A stretch of DNA of 64,000 bases from a virus. Position numbers and translations under genes: made by a program. Below the pieces are notes generated by a model, which saw only the letters and a list, made by a program, of their open reading frames with translations, did not search any database and was not told where the DNA came from. How positions within the stretch are numbered: the stretch's first letter is position 1; each line of letters starts with the position of its first letter. The stretch lies in the IMG/VR virus record IMGVR_UViG_3300025009_000094, positions 2,527-66,526 of that record. The stretch is one strand, 5' to 3'. Positions 36,050-45,285 of the stretch are shown piece by piece.

Positions 36050-36181
36050 CTAATCTAGTATTTTAATAGTAAAAGTTGTGTCTGTTTCTGAGACAACAAT
36101 ATAATTAGTAAACTCCACATTAGGCCTTATGGCCGTTTCAACACTTAGTCCATCACCTTTTTTATCAATTGTAATAATCAT
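36050..36181 (-). CDS. 43-aa small protein (not in ORF track)
   Basis: ATGA-coupled; MIITIDKKGDGLSVETAIRPNVEFTNYIVVSETDTTFTIKILD. Confidence 0.5.
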   Translation of the reverse strand: MIITIDKKGDGLSVETAIRPNVEFTNYIVVSETDTTFTIKILD

Positions 36182-36741
36182 AAAACCTCCGCTTTGAAGT
36201 TATCAAATCTACAATTAGGTTTATTTCCACTTCGAATCCCAACTTTTGTTGCTGTCATAAATGTTTCTGTATCTACGCTTAATACTTGGCGACCATCTAT
36301 TATTAGGACAATATTTCGATCAGAAACGCGTACTGATACAGTATAAACCGTTCCGGCGACACCAGAACCATAGCTACCTAAAAGTGTATAAACATTTGAT
36401 ATCTTTTTATAGATTGCAAATACGCCTACTGCAATCCCTGCAAATAAATAATTGTCATGGTCAACGCATCGAAACACTAACTCATTGTCGGTATCATCTG
36501 TTATTTGACAAGATAGTAAGTATTTATCGGCAATTCCTATGTCAATTACTGCTTCATCCCCAGATGTATAAGGAGCGATTGAATAAGCTTTCCCATCACT
36601 AACCCTCCAATTACCATTTAATACTGACCACGCTTGACCAGTTTCCGCATTGCCTAATATTATTGCATCCGAACGCGTAAAACTATCAAATATAATAGGT
36701 CTTTTTCTGCTTAATAATAGTTGTTGTAATACAGGATTCAT
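36178..36741 (-). CDS. beta-sandwich (lectin-like) virion-associated protein
   Basis: IFDSFTRSD...LG.AETGQAW...RFDNF. Confidence 0.6.
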   Translation of the reverse strand: MNPVLQQLLLSRKRPIIFDSFTRSDAIILGNAETGQAWSVLNGNWRVSDGKAYSIAPYTSGDEAVIDIGIADKYLLSCQITDDTDNELVFRCVDHDNYLFAGIAVGVFAIYKKISNVYTLLGSYGSGVAGTVYTVSVRVSDRNIVLIIDGRQVLSVDTETFMTATKVGIRSGNKPNCRFDNFKAEVL

Positions 36742-36753
36742 TAAATATACCCC

Positions 36754-37824
36754 CTACACTACGGCTATTTTAAGTTTAATGGTAATAATTTTACCTGTAA
36801 CCGTTGTTTCCCCGCCAACACAAGCTAATTTACCATAAAGTTTAGTATCGCCACTTGCTAATTTAAACGGGAAGTTTTGATTCAAGTCAGTTATTGCGCA
36901 ATTACTACCCAAATCTTGCAGTGTTGAGATAGGTATTTTACCAATGTACGATGTGAGATCTGCATCGACTAAATCAAATGCCGCGTTTGTCGCCTGTACT
37001 ACAGGCGAGGTATCAAATAAATATAAAGTGTACCCAGCGCCCCCAGAAAATACAGCATTTTGCCCTAACTTTACTAAACTACTTAATATTACACCGCTCG
37101 ACCCTGCTGGAAGTCCAGTATCTAATTGTAGTATCTGTCCTACGTCGGTAGATACCACATCTCCTGCCGAATGTGCTGCTCCCGTCCCTATCGTAATCGT
37201 TGCACTTGGATTCGCTAAACTCCCAACTATCGAAACAGGGGCCGCCTTCCCCACTGGCCCATCCCCTTGCCACTGCTTTAATAATCCTCCCAATCGAGCC
37301 GTAACACTAGCGGATGCAGTTGGGTCAATTACTGCTGTTTCGTTTTTTGCTCCCTGTGTAACATCTGCACCATCTGCTACCATTACGGGTGTTACGCCTA
37401 CGCCTTGCGTATAATGATTCAGGATGAATTCAGTTTGAGCAACGGCACCATTCACAAACTTGAAGCGCATGTACTGTTTAGTCAATGTAGACCAGGCCAT
37501 AAGTGCCGAGACTGTTGCAGAGACGGTTACGGTTGCCAAGGTTGTCCATCCAGTGTCGGGATTAGCGGGATCGTAGTTGTTGTGTTCTTCTAGGTATAGG
37601 ACACCACTAGAGCTTGATTTTATCCAAAGGCGGGTCATTCCATCAGGGATAATTTGCCGAGGTCTATCGATAACAGGAGATTTGTAGGTTGCATTGGCAC
37701 CTAATAAGTGCGATGGATCTATCTTTGAATCTCGCATTACCATTGCAGCATCACCGTGGATCATTGTGGGCATTGGGTTTTCTTGAGTGATTGAGTTACC
37801 ATTACCGTCATGTAAAATTGTCAT
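36754..37824 (-). CDS. putative virion/fibre protein
   Basis: G/T/A-rich beta protein in late operon. Confidence 0.55.
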   Translation of the reverse strand: MTILHDGNGNSITQENPMPTMIHGDAAMVMRDSKIDPSHLLGANATYKSPVIDRPRQIIPDGMTRLWIKSSSSGVLYLEEHNNYDPANPDTGWTTLATVTVSATVSALMAWSTLTKQYMRFKFVNGAVAQTEFILNHYTQGVGVTPVMVADGADVTQGAKNETAVIDPTASASVTARLGGLLKQWQGDGPVGKAAPVSIVGSLANPSATITIGTGAAHSAGDVVSTDVGQILQLDTGLPAGSSGVILSSLVKLGQNAVFSGGAGYTLYLFDTSPVVQATNAAFDLVDADLTSYIGKIPISTLQDLGSNCAITDLNQNFPFKLASGDTKLYGKLACVGGETTVTGKIITIKLKIAVV

Positions 37825-37825
37825 A

Positions 37826-38050
37826 CTAAATCCCCCTCTTCATTTTTGCTTCTGCTGACTTTTGGGATGGAACACGCTTTACTACTTTTGGCGGGTCAGG
37901 TTTTGGGGTTGATAGGAGTTTGATTATGTCTTTGAGGAGGGAGTTTTGTTCTTTTAGTTCTGCGAGTAGGGAGGATTGAGTGCGTAGTTCGTTGAGGATG
38001 GAGTTTTTATAGCGTTGTTCTGGGCCGGATGCGTTGTCGAAGTGGTCCAT
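37826..38050 (-). CDS. hypothetical protein
   Basis: AAGGAGG RBS before MDHFDNASG. Confidence 0.55.
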   Translation of the reverse strand: MDHFDNASGPEQRYKNSILNELRTQSSLLAELKEQNSLLKDIIKLLSTPKPDPPKVVKRVPSQKSAEAKMKRGI

Positions 38051-38108
38051 GGGGTTCCTCCTTTTTTGGGATATAGAAAAAGACACTGGGTTGCAGTGCC
38101 TTGGGACT

Positions 38109-38792
38109 TCATATAAGTGATAGTTGCTGAATGCCATCTTTGGAATAACCTAAGTATTTGTATATCTTCTCTTCTCTGGTTGGAGAGTAGAAGGGTTGTT
38201 TCCTGAACCATGTTTTGAAATCGCGGTTCCCTCTTGAACAGTTACAGGATAAGCAAATAGGCAAAACGTTATCAACGGTCAGCTCCCCCATTTTACTCAA
38301 GGGTATGAAATGTTCAATTGTTAGCTTTTTCGATTCTCCGCAATAAGCGCATGTATTGCCAAAGTTAAGCTTTATGTTTTCCCACTGTAAAGAAGTGAGC
38401 GTATGTGGTAGCTTCCGCTTTCTAGCCTCACGTCTGTGCTTAAGCCTATTGACTGCGTCCTTATTTTCTCGCTTATACAACTTAATATGTTCCAGTGTGG
38501 ATTCCTTATTGGTTTCGTAATACTGTTTGCTCTTCTTGGCAATATCAGTTAAATGTTCTTTCCTGTATAACTTATGGTATTTAGCAATAGATTCCCTATT
38601 TACTTTGTGGTAATTTTCTTTATATTTGGCAATTGATTCCTTATGTTCTTGGTAATATCGGTCTGTACGTTCAGCCCAGCAAATCTTACAATCATTCCTT
38701 AGACCGTCCTTACTATCTTTCCTTTTGTGAAAATACTCGCTAGTTGCCAACTTGTCTTCCCCGCACTTAGTACACCTCTTCATCTCACTCAC
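38109..38792 (-). CDS. HNH endonuclease with N-terminal Zn finger
   Basis: CTKC...CKIC; CAYCG...EHFIPLS..G..N..P.C.SCN. Confidence 0.9.
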   Translation of the reverse strand: MSEMKRCTKCGEDKLATSEYFHKRKDSKDGLRNDCKICWAERTDRYYQEHKESIAKYKENYHKVNRESIAKYHKLYRKEHLTDIAKKSKQYYETNKESTLEHIKLYKRENKDAVNRLKHRREARKRKLPHTLTSLQWENIKLNFGNTCAYCGESKKLTIEHFIPLSKMGELTVDNVLPICLSCNCSRGNRDFKTWFRKQPFYSPTREEKIYKYLGYSKDGIQQLSLI

Positions 38793-38958
38793 AAGTAACC
38801 ACCCCCGGCGGTATGTAGGAGAAGAGTTCTTCTAAATAATTTTGGTCAACTAAGACAATGCCATCAGCCACCGCCCATTTAAAATAACCCTTCATGTCAT
38901 AAGTAGCCACCGCCTTTTCTTCTCCATCCATAGTGATCGTGTTTGGGTAATTAGTCAT
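38785..38958 (-). CDS. 57-aa small protein, paralog of 25338 (not in ORF track)
   Basis: AAGGAGG RBS; MTNYPNTITMDGEEKAVATYDMKGYFKWAVADGIVLVDQNYLEELFSYIPPGVVTCE. Confidence 0.6.
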   Translation of the reverse strand: MTNYPNTITMDGEEKAVATYDMKGYFKWAVADGIVLVDQNYLEELFSYIPPGVVTCE

Positions 38959-39090
38959 GGTAAAATCCTCCTTCTTCTTACCCTTGTAGGAGAGACTTTA
39001 CCGTGTTAGAATAGCAGGTGAAGCATCCCTCAAGGGTTTGTTTTCGTTAGGGAAGTTTGTAACTCTTAGTCGGGTGAGCAAACTTCCCTT

Positions 39091-39258
39091 TTAATTCTTT
39101 TTGGTTTCCTCTAGCCACTTTTGAACTTTTACTTTTTCATATCTGACCGTGTTGCCGAATCTAACAAAAGGGAGTCCGAGTCTGCGCCAGTTGTTGGCTG
39201 TGTTTTTACTAATCTTCAACCACTGACATAATTCTTCGGTTGTGATATATTCATTAAT
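39091..39258 (-). CDS. excisionase-like (HTH_17) DNA-binding protein, ATT start (not in ORF track)
   Basis: NEYITTEELCQWLKISKNTANNWRRLGLPFVRFGNTVRYEKVKVQKWL; TTGACT-17-TATAAT promoter 39310-39282. Confidence 0.75.
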   Translation of the reverse strand: MNEYITTEELCQWLKISKNTANNWRRLGLPFVRFGNTVRYEKVKVQKWLEETKKN

Positions 39259-39342
39259 AATAATTCACCCCTTCCTTTATAATTATATGTCACAACTTAT
39301 CACAAGTCAACACATATAATACAAGAAGGGATTTGATTAATT

Positions 39343-39525
39343 ATGGATAAGCGAAAGAGGGAAGCACTCGGAACAGGGATATTTATAATTTTGGTTCTGC
39401 TCGGCGATATGTTCGGCGGAGAAGCGTTTAAGTGGGCATGGATACTATTGATAGGAGTCCTATTCGTGTTTTTCTCATTTATCACAGACGATAATAAGCC
39501 TAAAAAATTTGAAGAGAGGAAGTAA
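39343..39525 (+). CDS. small two-TM membrane protein
   Basis: GAAGGGA RBS; two hydrophobic helices. Confidence 0.55.
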   Translation: MDKRKREALGTGIFIILVLLGDMFGGEAFKWAWILLIGVLFVFFSFITDDNKPKKFEERK

Positions 39526-39532
39526 TTCCTCT

Positions 39533-42500
39533 CTATTTTAATTTAAACTTACTATTAGCGGCCTTGGCTATGTTGAGCATTTTTATTTGGAATGCTCTTA
39601 TTTTTGCTTCTTTTTCAGCATTTGACGCTTGACTAGCTTGAACCTTGTCAATCTGCTTACGGATGTCACTAAGCTGAGTGCTTGCTTTAGCAAAAATGGG
39701 CTTATATTTTTTACCAACCTCTAAGGACTTATCTCCTGTCGCCTTTGCGTCACTGGAACTTGTGTCGATCTTATCCTTAGTGTTATAGAAATCTCCGATA
39801 ATGTCATTTGAGAAAGTAGGGTCTGCCATTATCTGCTTCCCCAACGTACCCAATACGCTAGAGTTTTTGGTTGTCGCAGGTATTCCAAGTTGGGCAACTC
39901 CACCTAAATAACTACGCGCCAAGTAATCGATTTGCTGCGGAGATTGGTTCAGCTTTTTACCTATAAATTTAGCTGGCTCACTTGTTTTCTCATCAAATTG
40001 ATAAGGCGGAGAGAGTTTGGATACTTCACCCGACACAATAGGAGCGTCTACGAAGTTTTTGTTGGAGCGAATATCGCTCAGTGGCGCAAGAATCGACCTA
40101 GTTGGAGGAGTGAAATTTGTCTTTATCGTCTCCATAAATCTGTTAAATGGTTCCGGATCGTTATCTTGCCATTGCCTCAAAGCTCTTTCTACCGAACTGC
40201 CAAACACAACCCCTATTTCCCTGGGTTTCGGAATCTTTACAAAAGTGCCGTCATTCTTAGGGAATAGGAAGTTATTGTCCTTGATATAATCGCTCAGTTG
40301 TTGATATGCCGGGTTACTGTGGTTAAGTTGGTATAATACTATAGTTGGCAACGTTACTGCCATAAGAGCCTTTACGGGAGCTTGTACGGGGTTATCCTTG
40401 AAAGCCCTACTAAGCTTAGATATCCCCTGCCAGGCCGCATTTAGGTAAGGAAAGATAGAATCAGCTTCCTTGATCACATTGCCATATCTACTAAAGTTTG
40501 TTGTTACATCATTTGCTTCGTATAAACCTTTTACCTTGCTGGAATAATCACCAGGCTTTGAGAATCGCTTATATTCACCAAGCCTAGGGGCCGTCTCCAC
40601 GGTATTATTAAGACGTTCTAAACCTCCCAGTGCCGACTTGAAGGGGTGTTTGATGGCGTAACCAGGTAAGAGCCTAGCCTTGCTTTCGGCTAAAGTATTT
40701 CGACTAGCAGAAACGGAACTAGAAGCATGACCGCCGCCAAGTGCCTTGTAAGATTTGTATACTTCCTTGTTCCCTGCAATATCAACTATTGAGCCGAGTA
40801 AATCCTTACCAAACACAAAGGGATTATTCGTACTCTTCGAGTTAATGAAAGCTGTCGGAATATCTCTCCAAATATTTCTCGCCAAGCTAAAGACTGGATT
40901 AATGCCAGTCGTAAGATTTTTCATTACCCTCGTAACTTGACCGAGCGCAGAAATAACAAACTGTTGGCCTTGTGGCTTGAGATTAGTAAGGGCATCGAGT
41001 AATAAAGGATCGCTTACCCTAACATGTACCTTTTCCCCATTAACTAGGCCTGTGACAATATTTCCAAGGTCAAGGCGTTGTTTTTTCGCTTGAAAGATAT
41101 TGTCAAATTGTTTGTTGAAGGCTTCCGCAACTCCGTTAATTCCATCCGTTTCGAGGATTTTATTTATATCCCCCATTAACCCTTCCTTAAGCTGTCCGTC
41201 CGAAGGGATTATCTCGGCCCATCCCTTGAATTCATCAGGATTTTTCTCAAGATTACGAATAAGGGTTTGCATCACCTCATTCCTCTTTGCGACCTTAACA
41301 TATTGGTCAACATGCTCCATGATGGATTCCATTGGGCTTATTACTTTGCGTTGAGAAGTTGAGCGCGCCTTTACTGGATTAGATTGACTAGCAAATCCTC
41401 TCTTCGTCGATCCGCTAAATCCCGGTTGTTCCAGTTCACTAAAGAGACGATTATTAGGAACGTAATGAGGATTATCCATTATCCATTTCCCGTAGGCTTC
41501 AGGGGAAACGATTCCGGTATCGACTAACCACGCCTTACTTAACTTGTTTTGAAACTCATAGATCTTATTTGATAAATCCTTAAATTCGGGATGAACGGAC
41601 TCAATCCGTTTCACTATGGCTCCTGACATACCAGGAGTCATTTTCATTTCATCAGGGAATACTTTTTCCCCTAATCTCATCCTCGTAATAGCGTGTTTGT
41701 TCACTAGGTAATTATCAAATTCTTTCAATACTTGCTTATCTTTAAGTTGGCTAGTGATGGATTTTAAGGATTCTCCAACATTATCGCCCTTTGGACCAAC
41801 AAGTCCTTCCTCAAGAATATAACTAGCTGTCGTTCCCGTTCCCCTGCTATTTAGGGCCAGCATATATGTTTTGTCTTCAGGAGATAACTTTTTACCAGTT
41901 GTTACTTCAACATACTTATCAAGTTGGTCAAGGCGGTGCAGATTGTCAGTTGTCTTTATATACGCTTTTGTCCTTAGCTTCCTAAGCGTATCGAGTGTCA
42001 TTGGCGGCTTATCTGTCTTTGACACAATATGGCTAGATGTATCAGGGAGATCAGGGAGGCTATCATTGAAAGCCTGTAGCCTCATTGCTAATTTTGGTTC
42101 AATTATTTCCGAACCGAAACCTTTTCCCATTGAGTTAATTCCCGAATTATCAACCCCCACCTTATCCCCTAATCTCCCATAAGGTAAATCAGCCTTGGGT
42201 ATCTCATCCTTATTAGTCCACCGTAAGGGTGCGGGTTTCTCCGGCCTCATAGTTGGCACATCCTGAACGGGTTCCCCTTTCACTTCCCTCGGCTTCAACG
42301 ATATTGGTCCATTAACCTTCTTGACGGTCGACATAGATGTCTTCAGTGTATCCAGAGTATTACTTAAATTTTGATATTCTGGATTATTATGAGCAACGCG
42401 ATACGCTTCTAACTCATAATCTTTCGGCTTATACGCAGAGGAATCAACCGCCTTTAGTAACTCATCCGAAGACATCCCTAACGTATCGGCAACCTCATCC

Positions 42501-43654
42501 AATGACCTCCCGTTTCGATTGCGAATCCAATTCGGTATAACCTTTTGTTCCTCGAAAATATTCGCGTTACCAGGGGATATTCCGCCCATATCCTTTACCC
42601 GATTACGGATAGTCTCTATCCTTGTCTGCCCATCAGCTTGTTTTAGACTTGCGGCAATATCCTTAACCCGCTTGTCCATCATTGCTTCTATCTCGGATAT
42701 GTCATTGTTGATTTTATAACTCTTTAGCGGTCCACCAAACGCGCTCATGGCATCAGCTTGTTTTTGCTGAAATAGATCTTCAGGAGTTGCGCCCTGCCTC
42801 GGTAGCGTTTGACCAGTTTTGCCTAAATTATTAGTAGGGTCTGAGAATGTTTTATTAAGTTCTTGCGCTTTAACGTCTCTGAGGGTAGCAGAGGTCTTAT
42901 AAGCATTTTGCACATTTTGGAGAGGATTAGACTTTATTTCAGGATAAGTAAGCTTTCGCTCTGCGAGTATATTCCCAGCCTCCCCAATTCCCTTTCCGAC
43001 CAATTGACCAGCCCCATGCAATGCGGTTCCACCCAATGCCATAACGGGCACCCGCTTCAATCTATCCGCGAATCCACTGGCACCATCACCATTAATTGCT
43101 GTTTCTGCTGCGTTAATTGGTAGTCCGTAGGTAGTCCCGGCCCTAACTCCGGTCCCCAATGCAGAGGTAATAGCTTTAGGCAGTATTCCTATCCCCTTAG
43201 CAACAGGTGCAGTCTTAGCTAATGCCGCTAAAGGTTTAGCGAGTAGAGCATCGCCCAGAAGCCACATCGGCAATTCCGAAAGATTACTTCCTGCAAAGGA
43301 TACTGCTTTTTCTCCAAACGTTTTAGGTTGCGGAAGAGTCGATAAGTCAACTTTCTTTCCAGTAATATTTTCAGCTAATGGAGTCAACGCTTTCCCAAGT
43401 AACGATCCGAGCGTTCCGCTTATCCATGCTGACTTATAATCAGGCCGTGAAGATTGAACAGGTTGAGCAACGGGCTCGCTAACCGCATGTGAAGTAGTTA
43501 GATATTTTGAGAAATCAACAGGGGAATTATCGTAGAACTCAGGCTGTCCACTTACCTGCTTTGACTCAGGAGGGAGGAGATCGGCAAACATATTCTTTCT
43601 TACATTCGAAGAACTTGGCTTATCAAGTAGATCCGCAAACATATTAGTAGCCAA
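39533..43654 (-). CDS. large internal virion/DNA-ejection protein with C-terminal LPD38-like region
   Basis: 1373 aa; NP.F...N..RD, FPYLNA..QG, KIPKPREIG, SPQQIDYLARSYLG. Confidence 0.7.
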   Translation of the reverse strand: MATNMFADLLDKPSSSNVRKNMFADLLPPESKQVSGQPEFYDNSPVDFSKYLTTSHAVSEPVAQPVQSSRPDYKSAWISGTLGSLLGKALTPLAENITGKKVDLSTLPQPKTFGEKAVSFAGSNLSELPMWLLGDALLAKPLAALAKTAPVAKGIGILPKAITSALGTGVRAGTTYGLPINAAETAINGDGASGFADRLKRVPVMALGGTALHGAGQLVGKGIGEAGNILAERKLTYPEIKSNPLQNVQNAYKTSATLRDVKAQELNKTFSDPTNNLGKTGQTLPRQGATPEDLFQQKQADAMSAFGGPLKSYKINNDISEIEAMMDKRVKDIAASLKQADGQTRIETIRNRVKDMGGISPGNANIFEEQKVIPNWIRNRNGRSLDEVADTLGMSSDELLKAVDSSAYKPKDYELEAYRVAHNNPEYQNLSNTLDTLKTSMSTVKKVNGPISLKPREVKGEPVQDVPTMRPEKPAPLRWTNKDEIPKADLPYGRLGDKVGVDNSGINSMGKGFGSEIIEPKLAMRLQAFNDSLPDLPDTSSHIVSKTDKPPMTLDTLRKLRTKAYIKTTDNLHRLDQLDKYVEVTTGKKLSPEDKTYMLALNSRGTGTTASYILEEGLVGPKGDNVGESLKSITSQLKDKQVLKEFDNYLVNKHAITRMRLGEKVFPDEMKMTPGMSGAIVKRIESVHPEFKDLSNKIYEFQNKLSKAWLVDTGIVSPEAYGKWIMDNPHYVPNNRLFSELEQPGFSGSTKRGFASQSNPVKARSTSQRKVISPMESIMEHVDQYVKVAKRNEVMQTLIRNLEKNPDEFKGWAEIIPSDGQLKEGLMGDINKILETDGINGVAEAFNKQFDNIFQAKKQRLDLGNIVTGLVNGEKVHVRVSDPLLLDALTNLKPQGQQFVISALGQVTRVMKNLTTGINPVFSLARNIWRDIPTAFINSKSTNNPFVFGKDLLGSIVDIAGNKEVYKSYKALGGGHASSSVSASRNTLAESKARLLPGYAIKHPFKSALGGLERLNNTVETAPRLGEYKRFSKPGDYSSKVKGLYEANDVTTNFSRYGNVIKEADSIFPYLNAAWQGISKLSRAFKDNPVQAPVKALMAVTLPTIVLYQLNHSNPAYQQLSDYIKDNNFLFPKNDGTFVKIPKPREIGVVFGSSVERALRQWQDNDPEPFNRFMETIKTNFTPPTRSILAPLSDIRSNKNFVDAPIVSGEVSKLSPPYQFDEKTSEPAKFIGKKLNQSPQQIDYLARSYLGGVAQLGIPATTKNSSVLGTLGKQIMADPTFSNDIIGDFYNTKDKIDTSSSDAKATGDKSLEVGKKYKPIFAKASTQLSDIRKQIDKVQASQASNAEKEAKIRAFQIKMLNIAKAANSKFKLK

Positions 43655-43665
43655 TTAAACCCCTC

Positions 43666-45273
43666 CTATCCATCCCACTCAAAAGCTTTGTCGGCCCAAT
43701 CCCTTAGATAACTCGAACTTGCCCCACTTGCCTCAAATCTTCCTGAATTATCGTTAATAAATTTCATAATCTCTGATTTTGTTTTATGTTGATTAGCCAA
43801 CTGATTTAGAATATCCATTGCATCAGCAGTCGCCGCATCTGTTTTTTCGGGACCAGTTAACTTCTTTGTAGGAGCAGGCCCAACAGTCGTTGCATCTTTA
43901 TTGAGCTGTTGATAATCCCTCCACACAGCATTGGCCCAGTTCTTGTCACCCGGTTTCCAGCTATTATTCATGAAGTCAGTCAGGTTTTCTAAAGTAACAT
44001 CTTTGTTGCCCAAATACCCAGCAATTTGCTTAGCAGCAGATAAGGTTTGATTGCTGAATTCACCAGGAGCATCTTGATATTTAGCGTTACCTTGGCCGGG
44101 AGCTGGATACCCATAACCTAAGCTATATCCTTCTCTCCCTGCCCCAAGCGTACCGTAACCTGTCTCATGTTTGCCGATAGCGGCAATCAAAAGAGGGTCA
44201 ACCCCCGTAGCGTTCCCGGCATTAGTAGCAGCCTCCATGAATGATTCTGGAACACTTGCAGAAGTTCTCCCGCTAGGCATATTGCCAGTCGAGTCGAATT
44301 CGTTCACGTTAGCGTTTTGTTGCGCGATAGCGTTCGATCTACCAAACTGACTTTCATCCTGTGCCATCCTCTGTCCAAACTGATAACCACCTTGATCAAG
44401 TTGCTTCTGCGACATAGTGGGTTGCCCCATGTAATTCCCGATTACTTCTCCTTGCTTCAACCCAAACTCATTATTCCACTGTTCGCCATCCCTCGTAAAC
44501 TTCTGCCCTTCCAACGTCTGCTCTCCACCGAAAGTCCCCATCAATTTAGCAATCGCCTGTTCTCTCTCAAAGTTTGCTATTTCAGCATCAGAACGCTGCT
44601 TATCATAAATACTCTGCGCCAACTGCGGAATCTGAGCCATCAACCCCGCCTTCTGTCCTTCCAAATCCCCTACATTAGCCTGACCAGTCTCATTAACTCC
44701 ATTCAGCCACGTTTGTATTCCCGCCAACGTCTTTCTTAACTCAGCCTGATTATTCTGTAATCCTGCACCCTCAGCAGCGTTGATCTGTCCTTGAGCAGAA
44801 TCATTAATCCCTGAGTTCATTAAACCCCTAGTATTCATCGTCTCATTCGTGCGGCCCCTGTTGTTATCCTGTAGTCTTCTAATTTGATTAACATTGTCCA
44901 AGGATAGGTTATTCGCCGCTAATTTTTGAGCTTCTGCTTGTCGTGCAGCCTCAGCCATAGAAGCCTGTATCCCTTGAATCTTCGAGCTGATAGGGTTAAT
45001 CTGTGGAGCATATTGAAGATTTGCCGTTGCAGTTGCGTTGTTCAGCCCTTGATATTTCTGTATCTCATTGGCTGTTCCTGCCGCATCATACCCGCCCAGT
45101 GCTTGACCGCCCGAATAGGCAGAGTTGGGGATTACAGCATTACCACCTAATCCAAGTTGTCCCTTCTTGATTCTTGTGCCCGGTGTCCACTTTATATAAT
45201 TTACATCACTTCCGAGATATTTTCTGCCATTCGCTAAGTCCTCATCATTATTATAATAAGCTGTAGTTGGCAC
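43666..45273 (-). CDS. internal virion protein with lysozyme-like domain
   Basis: Q/A/N-rich coiled coil; GVDPLLIAAIGKHETGYG. Confidence 0.65.
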   Translation of the reverse strand: MPTTAYYNNDEDLANGRKYLGSDVNYIKWTPGTRIKKGQLGLGGNAVIPNSAYSGGQALGGYDAAGTANEIQKYQGLNNATATANLQYAPQINPISSKIQGIQASMAEAARQAEAQKLAANNLSLDNVNQIRRLQDNNRGRTNETMNTRGLMNSGINDSAQGQINAAEGAGLQNNQAELRKTLAGIQTWLNGVNETGQANVGDLEGQKAGLMAQIPQLAQSIYDKQRSDAEIANFEREQAIAKLMGTFGGEQTLEGQKFTRDGEQWNNEFGLKQGEVIGNYMGQPTMSQKQLDQGGYQFGQRMAQDESQFGRSNAIAQQNANVNEFDSTGNMPSGRTSASVPESFMEAATNAGNATGVDPLLIAAIGKHETGYGTLGAGREGYSLGYGYPAPGQGNAKYQDAPGEFSNQTLSAAKQIAGYLGNKDVTLENLTDFMNNSWKPGDKNWANAVWRDYQQLNKDATTVGPAPTKKLTGPEKTDAATADAMDILNQLANQHKTKSEIMKFINDNSGRFEASGASSSYLRDWADKAFEWDG

Positions 45274-45285
45274 GTTAACACCTCC

